A stretch of DNA of 64,000 bases from Eledone cirrhosa (Eukaryota): assembly GCA_964016885.1 (NCBI GenBank), contig OZ024741.1, forward strand, positions 356,128,001 to 356,192,000, written 5' to 3'. Every line of letters begins with the position of its first letter. Positions within the stretch are counted from its first letter, which is position 1. Under the pieces are notes generated by a model, which saw only the letters and a list, made by a program, of their open reading frames with translations, was not told the origin of the DNA and searched no databases. Positions 15,894 through 28,578 of this stretch are shown piece after piece. The translations under genes and the position numbers were made by a program.

Positions 15894-15935
15894 GTCACTG
15901 AGGAGGTGACGAATATGTGACGAAAGATCTTTGAC
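15894..15935 (+). ncRNA. Hammerhead motif in a PLE 3'-end fragment (15820-16056)
   Basis: GTCA-CTGAGGA-GGTGAC..GTGAC-GAAA-GATC-TT-TGAC; stem II has a mismatch; flanks are homologous to 19981-20230. Confidence 0.65.
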
Positions 15936-16110
15936 AATAAATAAACAACCATCCGGTTATTAAACCAACCAACCGGAAATTTGTAATAAATTGAAGTGAA
16001 AACCAATAGGTGCATGTGTGTTTTATTGGCAGCATGACCCTCCCAATGTATAACTATATATATATATATATAAATATATATATATATTTCGTATCTCCAG
16101 CGGTGGGAGG

Positions 16111-16156
16111 GACCGTCCTGACGAAGGCCGGTTAAGCCTGAAATGCATAGACGGTT
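16111..16156 (+). ncRNA. Minimal type-I hammerhead ribozyme motif
   Basis: ACCGTC-CTGACGA-AGGC(CGGTTAA)GCCT-GAAA-TGCA-TA-GACGGT. Confidence 0.85.
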
Positions 16157-16533
16157 GTCCCCCTTGCTTCTGCTGGACATCACCAGAGGGCGTTAGCCCC
16201 CGGGTGATTGCATAGCTACGGCTTCCTAAAACTGTATTTCTTTGGAGATACGAAATATTTATACATATTGTATAAAGCTATGCTTCAAGCGAAATCCTAT
16301 TTCTTTTATATATATATATATATATATATAAATGATATAGATATTCCAGTAGGTACTAAGTACCCACGGAAATATATATGGTGTCTATAATAGTGGTTGT
16401 TCCATGGCACTAATTTGAGATACCAGAACTGTAAATATGAGCGGAACAAGTAAACATTAAACAATCTTTTAAATAAATTAAAATACGATTTAAATATTTA
16501 CCTCTTCTAGTGCCATGACCGACGGTTTCGCTA

Positions 16534-16593
<60 letters not shown>

Positions 16594-16827
16594 AATAATA
16601 TTTTCGAATCAGCGAGCGAGTTTGAAATCATTATAAATGTAAGCTATCGCCGTATTTTGACTAAAGAAATTAAAGAAATTATTTAGCCTGATAGTGGGGT
16701 TAAGAACCCTCGACGTCAATACTCATCTTTTTCCATTTCTCCGAGGGTTCTTAACCCCACTATCAGGCTAAATAATTTCTTTAATTTCTTTAGTCAAAAT
16801 ACGGCGATAGCTTACATTTATTATATA

Positions 16828-17610
16828 CTAGCATTAAAGCCCGGCGTTGCTCGAGGTCATTAAGTTAACAAAATTAGGTTGCACCACCCATTTTATGGCA
16901 CCAATTTTTTGTCTGCCAGGCACTGGGTGAATGAATTGCAGACCTGGAAGCATGAGCTGCGCCAGCAGTGACAATTGTAGTTTCGCCTATGGATATTATC
17001 TCTGCAAAAAAGTGTTGAAATTTATTGTTTCACAGTACTTGCGCAACACGCGCGTAGACGATGCCAGCCGAACAACAGAGCTGCGATGGAGTTGTTCTGC
17101 ATGGTTGTCTGTGTGTTTTCTAAATTTAAGACAGTAGGGAGGGTTGTGATATGAGGGAGAGTTAGCTGTTGTTTCTAGCAGGTTTAGTGACCTCATAGAG
17201 GATATGTGTTTTCTAAATTTAAGACAGTAGGGAGTGGTGTGATATGGGGGAGAGTTAGCTGCTGTTTCTAGCAGGTTTAGTGACCTCACAGAGGATATGT
17301 GTTTTCTAAATTTTAGACAGTAGGGAGTGGTGTGAACGGACAGTATCACCATCAAGCTTGGAAAGAGAAAGTAGCAGAAAGTATGAAGTTGTATAGATTT
17401 TGAATGGTAGTAGAAAGAGTTCAGAAGTTTAAATGAGAGAGAAAAATCGTAAAATATTGAGTTTTATCTATTTTTTGCGTAATTGTGGGTGAAATTGAAA
17501 AAATTATCTGCGTCATGACGCAATCGAAGCTATTTCGAATACTGATTTGTAAATTTCAATTGAAGAAATTCTATATCGTAGATTTCTATAACGAAGGAGC
17601 ATGACCACAC
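16828..17610 (-). mobile_element. Non-autonomous Helitron-like element
   Basis: Minus-strand 3' end GAGCAACGCCGGGCTTTAATGCTAG (GC-rich motif then CTAG); contains ~2.5 tandem copies of a ~93-bp unit at 17110-17333. Confidence 0.6.
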
Positions 17611-17628
17611 ACTAAGCTTTATAGATTA

Positions 17629-17671
<43 letters not shown>

Positions 17672-17905
17672 AAAGTTCTATTTAAAATTGTTGGGATACA
17701 ACAAGTAAATATTTTTATAACTGATATAAAGCACTCAAGTATTTGGAGTAGATATACGATATTAATAAATGTAAAACTGTTATATATTGTATTTTGTCTG
17801 ATGAAGGCATACCATAATTTAATTTGGTATCCCTGAAATATGTATAATGAAATAAATATGGTTTTATAAATATAGTTTCCATTTATTAATATCGTATATA
17901 TATAT

Positions 17906-17962
<57 letters not shown>

Positions 17963-18109
17963 TTAAAATAATAGATTAATATTTAAGCAAAGAATCGCTG
18001 CTTTCACCCTTAACGGGATCTTCTGAAATATTTGCTCTACGGTTTTGTATATTTTATATATATTATCCTTATCGAGCCCTCTTCAGATTTTAGTCTTCAC
18101 ATTTATTAT

Positions 18110-18190
<81 letters not shown>

Positions 18191-18524
18191 GGGTTGACGG
18201 ACCCAGCATATTTATCAATGCCAGTACCGGTTGTATCTCAGCGCACTCAGTGGGCAATGTAAGATACATTACCAGAGTATACACAGTTATTTGCCTCAAC
18301 ACAACACACGTAAAACGGGTGCCTATAAGATTCCCGGACTCGAGTTTCTGTCGCACTAATGCATCAGTAGGGTGCACTGCACAATCTGTCTGCATATATT
18401 ATGCAACAATGCACAATCGGCTTATGCGGCTTCATCAGCGGGTATCGCCTAATCAATAACCAATCGATCGACATAATCCAAACACCGGCCCGTGCCGGTC
18501 ATGACTGTTTGTGACAACCGACAC

Positions 18525-18565
<41 letters not shown>

Positions 18566-18659
18566 CACTCTGTATAGCTCTACACCTCATCACAGAAGTG
18601 AACCTAAACATCGAGTGCTCTCCCGGGTGAACCTGCAGTAACTCCTAGTTACACCCCCT

Positions 18660-18715
<56 letters not shown>

Positions 18716-18966
18716 CGAAGGAAATGTGGTAAGGAACCAGGTGGACCATAACGCACCAAAGTACTCAATACTTAGGGTAGTAGAGCTCAGCCGTCGGGGT
18801 CCTACTCGTTCCTATATATATATATAAGTAAGATGTATGGTAGGTCGTATGTGAATCGCGATGATCACGTCTGACCTACCAAATATGTGACGGTAGCTAG
18901 TTAAGCTCTATGCGTATACGCATGAAAAAGAACAAAGGAACTATTATGACATTACAACAAGTTTAT

Positions 18967-19013
18967 TGCCGACAGCCGTTTCGTCCGACCACATGGTGGG
19001 ACTTTTCAAGGCA
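18967..19013 (-). ncRNA. Variant-core hammerhead motif
   Basis: Minus strand TGCC-TTGAAAA-GTCC(...)GGAC-GAAA-CGGCTG-TC-GGCA; core TTGAAAA replaces CTGANGA. Confidence 0.6.
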
Positions 19014-20143
19014 TATGTGATTGTAAGATCATTATTTACATCAACGTATCACTCAAGGCAAGCAGTTTGAAATTGTGGTATACATCAGCAGCTCGGCTTG
19101 TATAGTTGGGGTCTATATTCTAAGGGGGCTCTTTTATATTAGTTGTCGGGGTCAGGGATTGAAGGTTAAAAATTAGATAATATATAATTTACGCATTAAC
19201 AGTAAACTAAAAGACTTGGGGTCCCGCAGAAGCACCTTAAAAAATCCCTCAATAAGTGCATAAAGCTTACAGGCTCCCATAAACCTACTAAACTAGAAGA
19301 AATTAAGAGGCTAATAAAATAAAAAATAAAAATATATCAAGTTTCCCTAAAAAAATATATAAAGTTTCCTATGAAATTCCTTCGAGAGAAAAAAGTTTTT
19401 TTCCGAAAGAAAAAAACTTTCTTCCCCCGAGATCACGTTTACAAATTTCAGAAAACTTACGAAGTTTTGATATTCCCTACTAAGTTGAAAGAAACTAATC
19501 AATTAAAGGTTAATTCAAAGAGCCTTCTATAATTCTCTCAGAAAAGGCCCCTTTAATATTTTTAATAGGAGCTTCCTCCGAGAGACCCTTCGAAGAATTA
19601 AAATTTTAGAGAGCCTTTAAGGATATATATAAAAACGAATTGAGGAAAATTATACATTAAAAGTTAAAAATTACGGTATTTGGGATATCCGAGGAATTTT
19701 CAAAGTGCTGCTGCAACAGATACAACTTAGGCATAATAGATACAATAATTAAAGTAATTTAAGTAATTTAATTAGGGAGCAATTCAAAGAGTTTATCAAG
19801 TTGGGCAAGATTAAAGAGAGTGGTAAATAAGAAAATACATAAGCAAAAAGACAATAATTAAAAATGTATTTTTAAGAAGGTATAAGGTAGCTTCGATAAT
19901 CTAACAATGTATTATCACAAAAAATTATTATAAAATTATTGATACAAGATTAACAAAGTCTTTGTTAATATATATATATATTGTTATACTTTGGGAGGGT
20001 CATGTTGCCAATAAGAAACACACGCACCGGTTGCTTTCACTTCAATTAATTATATATTTATAAATTTATAAATTTACAAATCTACAAATCTGTAAATTTC
20101 TGGTTGGTTGGTTGGTTCCACAACCAGATAGTTGTTTATATAT

Positions 20144-20188
20144 AGTCATAGTCCTTTCGTCACACACTCTGTGACCTCTTCAGTGACT
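20144..20188 (-). ncRNA. Hammerhead motif in the 3' region of the PLE left arm
   Basis: Minus strand AGTCA-CTGAAGA-GGTCACA(GAGTG)TGTGAC-GAAA-GGAC-TA-TGACT. Confidence 0.75.
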
Positions 20189-20392
20189 GGGGATTCCTTT
20201 TTTTGTTTCTGTGCCTTTCCTTTCTTCTGTCCTACGCCATTTTGTTTCTGTGTGTGTGTTGTGTGCTCAGTTTGCGCATGCGCCACATCCGGGTGTCTGT
20301 GTGTGTTTGTGTTCATTTATCTATTTGTTTATTTATTTACATGTTGTTGGTTGGTTGTTTGTTCTATGTGTGTGTGTGTTTTCATTTTGTCC

Positions 20393-21976
20393 TTAATTGT
20401 AAGTTGTGATGTTGCTGTTCCACTCATATTTTCTATTTAATTTTGGTTGTAATTCTTTTATGTTTACTGCCTCTGTAATTTGTCTAAACATTGCATCTTT
20501 TCTGTGTGTAGATTCTATTTTTATTTCTATGTTCTCTAATTTACCCTTGTGTTCTATCTTAGCATGTTGGTAGAGTACAGATGATTCTTTATTATCTTGA
20601 AGGTCTCGCCAGTGTTCATTTATCCGTTCCCCTATACTACGAGCTGTCTCACCTATGTACACTATATTTTTGTTTCTACATTGTCCTTCAGTACATCTTA
20701 TGCTATACACTACATTTCTAGTTTTACAGTTAATATGGGGGCTTATTTTACAGGTTATACATTTCTTATCTATACATGAGGGTCTTTGGAACGGGTATGT
20801 CTTGCTAATAAGTGTTTTTACGGAGGTACCTGGTCTTTCTACTATCTTAATATTGAGTTTATGTTTATTTAGGGCCCTTCTAAATTTGTAGGCTAGTTCG
20901 CCTCTAGGGGTTGTATTGATGAACATTACACTCTGGTATTTATTGCTATCATACCATGAGTTTATTCTATTGGCCTTGTTCCTAGTTCTTTCTATTCTAT
21001 TCCAAGATTTGCTCCTATACAAGGGGCAGGTCCCATTATTTACCATTTTTTCCCATTTGGTTCTGGCTCCTCTATACACTCTGATTCTATCTCTCTGATT
21101 GTAGCCAGAGAACTGCATACGGTGGATGAAGTGTTGTATGTGTCTCTCTAGTTCTTCGGGGTTGCACATGCGGGACACATTTCTCATCACCCGTACCAAA
21201 TCCGCAATCAGTATGTTGATTTTGGTATGGTCCGAAATGGCCGAGTTTCGGTGGATCAGATGTTTGGAAGTCATGGGTTTGGCATAGTGGGAATGGAGGA
21301 TTTGTTTTTGGTTGTTAATGGTATCTAACCAGAGCTCTGTGTCTAGCACAGGTAATCGATGGTTGGGGTGTCTACTTGGGTAGTCTATAGTAACTCTAAT
21401 GCTCTGGTGGATGGAGTTTGCTATTTGCTGGATGCTTTCCATTGTGTTTTTCTCTAGTTCCTGACTGTTCTCTAGTGGGGGTGTCTTAACTACGATGTTT
21501 ATATCATCTACGTAGCGGGAGTACATTATCAGGGTTAAGCTGTCTTCTAATTGTTCTTTAAGTTTAAGTTTAAGTCTACTGTCCCACCATACCATGAATA
21601 AGTTAGCTATGTCGCCTGCAATGCTAACACCAATGGCTGCTCCTTCCTCTTGGGCATATGTTTTTCCATTAAATTTGAACATATGTTCCTTAAGGGTTAA
21701 TTTTATGCTGGCCCCTACCGCATGTGCAATCATTTTCTTCAGTTCATCGTGGTTTTCGGGTGTCCGTATGGCTCTGGTCCACCCGTTCCATCTATCTGTG
21801 TGGGTTTTCTTGGCCATTGAGGTAATGGTAGGTGGTCTGCCTCTTGCTGGTCTTGTAGGGCACAGGTTGCTAAGGTCATAAGTGTCTAGGTAACTATTAC
21901 TATGGGTAAGCTTAAATAGAAGTCCCAGCTCACTGGTATCAATCCCACGGAACTCAACCTTGCTCTCGCTGATCAT
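20393..21976 (-). CDS. PLE reverse transcriptase (C-terminal part) + Cys-rich linker + GIY-YIG endonuclease
   Basis: F.FNGK.Y.Q..GAAIG, RYVDD, LPVLD, HY.KP, CIDKKCITC..NC, VVYSIRC...YIGETARS..ER..EH, EA..I....P.LNRK. 5'-truncated: the upstream VSLYPSID motif is out of frame. Confidence 0.9.
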   Translation of the reverse strand: MISESKVEFRGIDTSELGLLFKLTHSNSYLDTYDLSNLCPTRPARGRPPTITSMAKKTHTDRWNGWTRAIRTPENHDELKKMIAHAVGASIKLTLKEHMFKFNGKTYAQEEGAAIGVSIAGDIANLFMVWWDSRLKLKLKEQLEDSLTLIMYSRYVDDINIVVKTPPLENSQELEKNTMESIQQIANSIHQSIRVTIDYPSRHPNHRLPVLDTELWLDTINNQKQILHSHYAKPMTSKHLIHRNSAISDHTKINILIADLVRVMRNVSRMCNPEELERHIQHFIHRMQFSGYNQRDRIRVYRGARTKWEKMVNNGTCPLYRSKSWNRIERTRNKANRINSWYDSNKYQSVMFINTTPRGELAYKFRRALNKHKLNIKIVERPGTSVKTLISKTYPFQRPSCIDKKCITCKISPHINCKTRNVVYSIRCTEGQCRNKNIVYIGETARSIGERINEHWRDLQDNKESSVLYQHAKIEHKGKLENIEIKIESTHRKDAMFRQITEAVNIKELQPKLNRKYEWNSNITTYN

Positions 21977-22021
21977 TTCTCCACAGCAAAATCCACGTCA
22001 ATAGATGGATACAGGGACACA

Positions 22022-23725
22022 ACACACGATTTCAGATAAAGAATCTTGCTAAACAAATTCAGAAACGAAATATCGTAAGCCTTAGCCAGGCTAACAAGAT
22101 ACTGAAAACCACCACGTTCTGTTGTCTACGAAAAACCATAACATCTCGACAACTATACTTCATAAAGCAGTGTGCCTCCTCCAGAATCTACACCAACACC
22201 ATCAATACCGACGTTAGATTACAACTCACCAAAAAACAAGCAGATAGGCTAAAACGAACATTAATTCTAAACATAAAAAAGAAGATCTATAGAGAATTAA
22301 GTCATCAAGAAAAACAAAAGCGTAACCTAATACAAGAAATAGCTAGAATCACCACACCAAGAGAGAAACTAATATTTATAAGCCTTATACGCCCTGAAGA
22401 ACAGTACGTTACTCAAGAATGTGATAAGCACTTTAACAGGAAACTAAAGTGGCTTAAACAGGCAAAGCTAAATCAGGATACTATAGAGTATACCAATAGA
22501 TATCCCGACAAAATTGACGGTATCAACATGGCCGACACCTCATTATCAGAAGAGTTAAACAACAAAAACACCAACATATATGGGAACGCAAAAATAGATA
22601 ATGATGAAATGTCTGTGTTATGTTTGCCGCCGAAATTTGCGACATTCAAGAAGGTAAATATGATTAGTTGTCTGTCAGAAATAGAAAAATCATTTACAAA
22701 ACTACGCTGGAGCATCAAAAACAAAAGCAACAATATACGCACACATATATAACACACATCCCAACAACAACAACAATAGCAACATACCCAGAAACAACAA
22801 CACACACATCAACAACAACAACAATAGCAACATACCCAGAAACAACAACAACAGACACGCAGACACAAACAACAATAACAACACACACAACAACGATAAC
22901 ACACACGGAGACAACAACAACACACATCAACAACAGCACACATCAACAACAACAACACACACGCATTCAATGCCTCTCACCACCACCACAATCTTAACAA
23001 ACACACAGACACAGAAAACAAGTAATGACAGTAGCACAGAAATCACAGAAATAAGGGAAAGTAATAGGATTAAAAGGAAAAGGAGAAGGGAGACTAAGGA
23101 CAAAGAGAATAACCAAGACGAACACACAGACACACAAAATAGGGTAGATAACAACATTGAGCCAGTGGAAAGAGACAGGAGTAATTATGAGAGACATAGA
23201 AACAACCATGAGGCTGTTGGTGGAAATAGAAATAGAAACAACACAACTGACAATAACAATAGCACTAGTACACATAAAGCAGCAGCCTGGAACTCTCCGT
23301 TTTATAATCCCTCCGATAAATCATTCGACCTGCGACGAGTCCACGCCACGACTTTACCATTTAACAAACGCACGCAGTTGCCGTCGCAGGTCGATGAACA
23401 AACAGAAGCACAATTTAGTATAGCTAGATCCGAACTTAGAAATATTATAGAACAGTATAGCAAGAAGCATAATAGAATAGAGGCCCAGCAACTGGGAGAA
23501 AAATCTGCAAATGGCTTGCGTAAGCTCATGCAGCGCTCACGTAATGGAGAGATAGCATGCTTTCCAACAGAGAAGTCTGGCAGAATGTCGGTTGACAGCC
23601 TGCCAAACTACATCCAGGCAATGCAACCCCACATCACTAACACAAGAGAGGTAACACCACAGGAGCATGAGGATAGAGAAAAAGCCCTCAATGCCCATAT
23701 GGTGATGTGGACGAATATAATGTAG
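22022..23725 (+). pseudogene. PLE N-terminal coding region (disrupted, with ACA-rich repeats)
   Basis: Open frame from ~22024 contains IDNDEMSVLCLPPKFA (PLE L..E...L.LGPKF motif); downstream ORF has ACFPTEKSGRMSV (DKG-type pre-RT motif); frame breaks in the Thr-rich repeat segment. Confidence 0.75.
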
Positions 23726-23936
23726 ATTCTGGAGGAGGCACACTGCTTTATGAAGTATAGTTGTCGAGGTGTTATGGTTTTTCGTAGACAACAGAACATG
23801 GTGGTTTTCAGTATATTGTTAGCCTGGCTAAGGCTTACGATATTTCGTTTCTGAATTTGTTTAGCAAGATTCTTTATCTGAAATCGTGTGTTGTGTCCCT
23901 GTATCCATCTATTGACGTGGATTTTGCTGTGGAGAA

Positions 23937-25469
23937 ATGATCAGCGAGAGCAAGGTTGAGTTCCGTGGGATTGATACCAGTGAGCTGGGACTTCTATTTA
24001 AGCTTACCCATAGTAATAGTTACCTAGACACTTATGACCTTAGCAACCTGTGCCCTACAAGACCAGCAAGAGGCAGACCACCTACCATTACCTCAATGGC
24101 CAAGAAAACCCACACAGATAGATGGAACGGGTGGACCAGAGCCATACGGACACCCGAAAACCACGATGAACTGAAGAAAATGATTGCACATGCGGTAGGG
24201 GCCAGCATAAAATTAACCCTTAAGGAACATATGTTCAAATTTAATGGAAAAACATATGCCCAAGAGGAAGGAGCAGCCATTGGTGTTAGCATTGCAGGCG
24301 ACATAGCTAACTTATTCATGGTATGGTGGGACAGTAGACTTAAACTTAAACTTAAAGAACAATTAGAAGACAGCTTAACCCTGATAATGTACTCCCGCTA
24401 CGTAGATGATATAAACATCGTAGTTAAGACACCCCCACTAGAGAACAGTCAGGAACTAGAGAAAAACACAATGGAAAGCATCCAGCAAATAGCAAACTCC
24501 ATCCACCAGAGCATTAGAGTTACTATAGACTACCCAAGTAGACACCCCAACCATCGATTACCTGTGCTAGACACAGAGCTCTGGTTAGATACCATTAACA
24601 ACCAAAAACAAATCCTCCATTCCCACTATGCCAAACCCATGACTTCCAAACATCTGATCCACCGAAACTCGGCCATTTCGGACCATACCAAAATCAACAT
24701 ACTGATTGCGGATTTGGTACGGGTGATGAGAAATGTGTCCCGCATGTGCAACCCCGAAGAACTAGAGAGACACATACAACACTTCATCCACCGTATGCAG
24801 TTCTCTGGCTACAATCAGAGAGATAGAATCAGAGTGTATAGAGGAGCCAGAACCAAATGGGAAAAAATGGTAAATAATGACATAAATGGGACCTGCCCCT
24901 TGTATAGGAGCAAATCTTGGAATAGAATAGAAAGAACTAGGAACAAGGCCAATAGAATAAACTCATGGTATGATAGCAATAAATACCAGAGTGTAATGTT
25001 CATCAATACAACCCCTAGAGGCGAACTAGCCTACAAATTTAGAAGGGCCCTAAATAAACATAAACTCAATATTAAGATAGTAGAAAGACCAGGTACCTCC
25101 GTAAAAACACTTATTAGCAAGACATACCCGTTCCAAAGACCCTCATGTATAGATAAGAAATGTATAACCTGTAAAATAAGCCCCCATATTAACTGTAAAA
25201 CTAGAAATGTAGTGTATAGCATAAGATGTACTGAAGGACAATGTAGAAACAAAAATATAGTGTACATAGGTGAGACAGCTCGTAGTATAGGGGAACGGAT
25301 AAATGAACACTGGCGAGACCTTCAAGATAATAAAGAATCATCTGTACTCTACCAACATGCTAAGATAGAACACAAGGGTAAATTAGAGAACATAGAAATA
25401 AAAATAGAATCTACACACAGAAAAGATGCAATGTTTAGACAAATTACAGAGGCAGTAAGCATAAAATAA
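23937..25469 (+). pseudogene. Second copy of the PLE RT/GIY-YIG ORF with premature stop
   Basis: Same protein with +3 aa (NNDING vs NNG) and a GAA->TAA stop at 25467-25469 removing the C-terminal ELQPKLNRK. Confidence 0.88.
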
Positions 25470-26036
25470 TTACAACCAAAATTAAATAGAAAATATGAGT
25501 GGAACAGCAACATCACAACTTACAATTAAGGACAAAATGAAAACACACACACACATAGAACAAACAACCAACCAACAACATGTAAATAAATAAACAAATA
25601 GATAAATGAACACAAACACACACAGACACCCGGATGTGGCGCATGCGCAAACTGAGCACACAACACACACACAGAAACAAAATGGCGTAGGACAGAAGAA
25701 AGGAAAGGCACAGAAACAAAAAAAGGAATCCCCAGTCACTGAAGAGGTCACAGAGTGTGTGACGAGACAGACATACATACATATTGTGTCCATTCTATTC
25801 GCAGAAACGGTGGTAGTAGTGTGGAAGGGGCTCGTGATCAAGTGGCTAGAAGACAGCTAGCGGGGTGGTTACGACGCTATAGTTCTTTATTTATTTTACG
25901 TTCTTCAACTTTGCTCCACTGTTTTATCATTCTTAATTCTCCATGTCAACCTTCATGTTCTATCACTCTCATTCCTTCTTTTCTTTTCTCTCTCTATACA
26001 TCTCTCATATCTCATATTATGCTTTGCACTCTATTA

Positions 26037-26105
<69 letters not shown>

Positions 26106-26155
26106 TCACTCACTTTCTCTTCTTCTTCTCTGGCCGTTCTTCCGTTTATAAGAGG

Positions 26156-26228
<73 letters not shown>

Positions 26229-26368
26229 CGTACACTAACATACAAACAGACATACACACACACTTCTCCGTATAAGACAAGAGCTGAAAAATATCTTTCA
26301 ACATGTTAAACAGACGTACACACACATTCCTACTGACCGATTTCATTCCCTCTACCACGAAAACTCTG

Positions 26369-26462
<94 letters not shown>

Positions 26463-26967
26463 ACACACACACATATTTGTCTTAATAGAAATTTTTCAGT
26501 GACTTCTCAATCAGGCGAAAAAGGACACTCTTCGACAAACCTACATTTGGCGCAAAATCAATTTTTAACATTCACGTGACCTCTACCGACCAATCAAAAT
26601 TGTTTTGACTACAAGAATTTTTGCAATACGAATTGGCGCGAAATTTATAGTACTTATTTACGTGACATTCAACAACCAACCAAATCTTAATACCTCTGGA
26701 GCCACATTTTTCACATAAAACAGAAAGAATTTCCAAAACTGATCAGATTAGAGCAAACATCACGGGCGCTCTATCTCAAAATTATTTTTGAAAAGCATTA
26801 GAAATGCGCAACCGGTAAAAACTTAAAACTAAAACTGAATACTAACCAATACTTATTACTAATTTATACTTATTCCTAATTAAACTATTTTTCACTGGGA
26901 AAAATTTGTCAGCATTTTCTTTTCCTTTTACTAATATATTACAACTCGTGTGTTACACCTCTATTTT

Positions 26968-27044
<77 letters not shown>

Positions 27045-27394
27045 TGAAAGAGATATTAAGGTGTGGAGAGTAAAAGAGAGTTAGAGATGAATATACTTCA
27101 CACATCCACCAATTTAGGAGAATGGTTAGCCAATTAAATCGACCCCAGTACTTCGCTGGTACTTTATTTTGTCGACCTTGTAAGGATGAAAAGTACAGTT
27201 GGCCTCGGCTGAATTTGAACTCTGAACGTAGAATCGGAATGAATACCGTCACTCTAACGATTCTGCCAATCCACCGCCCTATATGCGCTTTCTAATGAAG
27301 GCCATTGATGAACGTGCTTATAATGATTTTCACATGGTTGAAAACGTACGTGGTGATATTTTAGATTCAACATATTGATTGGTGATTCACTTAC

Positions 27395-27467
27395 CAATAG
27401 TTTGAAGAAAGGTGCTTCCATACATACAACCCGCATGAAAGTCGTCGTAAAGCCATTACCAACACTT
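27395..27467 (-). CDS. SLC22 exon 9 (TM11)
   Basis: (R)SVGNGFTTTFMRVVCMEAPFFKLL matches R..G.G......R.....AP; GTTGCAG acceptor, TTG|GTAAGT donor; 73 nt, phase 2->0. Confidence 0.9.
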
Positions 27468-28457
27468 CTGCAACGACAAGATTTTTATCATTAAAAACAA
27501 TGTTAGGTAAAAATGTGTAAATCGATAATTATGTCAAACAATTGAAGAAAGGATCGACCAATCTGTTAAATCCTTTACAAAATAATGCCTCGTTTCCCTG
27601 TTTCTTTAAGTTGTTTCGAAATGCAGCTGTAATTATAATGATTCTTCTCTCTCTCTCTCTCTCTCTAGTTTTCTAAAGTTTTACAGCACGAATCGAAACC
27701 TAGGTAAGAAACTCATACAGTTCCTACTTACCTCAAATATCAGTGGATAGAATGCATTTTCTTTATTACGTGCCGGTCGCCATCGAAAACTCTGGTGTCC
27801 TCGGTCACCGAACTGCCATTTTCCTCCACAAAATAGGGAAGTCTGTATCATGCCTGAGGAAGGAGCAGCCTGTGTCGCCTGCTGCAATGTTTTCGCCATC
27901 TTGAACGAGGGTGTGATTCAGATATTTCGCCTAAACAGGGCTGTAGTGTCTGCTCCTAGCTCCCCCTTCTATTTACTTTCATTACAATTTTTTGATTGCA
28001 AACATTATATAATCAAATTTATGCAAATTTCGACACCTCATTTAAAAATCTAAAATGTTTTTATAAATTGAATTATAGTTGGTATATAGGGCGCTGTGAT
28101 GGTGGAAATGTAGATTAAACAGTTAAAATGAGATTGAAATTCGAAATAGAATTGAACTTATAGAAATGTAGATATTGAATCCATACATGAATTTGAGCTT
28201 CTAAAACATTTTAAATACTATTTTGCATTTCCACAAAAAACAAAGATAAGCCTGATGTCACATTATTTCTTTTTTTCTAACAATTTGAGGGACCACAGAA
28301 GGTTAAAAGGCAAAGTTGATCGTGGCGGGATTCGAACTCCGTAGAAAGTCGAACTATATACCTCAAAGCATTTTAACTGTCGCTCCATCGATACCGCCAG
28401 TTCACCACCACCCCCGTGGTACATTAATAGAAACAGATATTATATGTGCTCCCTTAC

Positions 28458-28578
28458 CGTATTTGTGTAGGATATAGTTCTGAAGTGTAGACGTAATCAG
28501 TGCAGTTGGCAGCATTCAGTCCTCCAAGAGATAAAATATACAATGCTAGGATGGCGTATTCCATCGTTTTGCTCTTCT
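28458..28578 (-). CDS. SLC22 exon 8 (TM10, ELYPT motif)
   Basis: (E)KSKTMEYAILALYILSLGGLNAANCTDYVYTSELYPTQI(R); canonical Y.YT.ELYPT..R; TTTTTTCTCAG acceptor, CG|GTAAGG donor; 121 nt. Confidence 0.95.

Larger units (their letters stand above)
19981..25765. mobile_element. Penelope-like retroelement, rearranged into a long inverted repeat
   Basis: Arms 20157-22192 and 23721-25765 are reverse complements with only a few substitutions and one 9-nt indel. The spacer carries the PLE N-terminal coding region. The left arm extends through a hammerhead to a (TA)n end near 19981. Confidence 0.93.

Noticed and set aside
23892-23945. TGA as selenocysteine/readthrough extending the PLE RT upstream
   Set aside because: Reading through TGA gives non-RT sequence and a stop soon after; the RT continues in another frame, so this is a frameshift.
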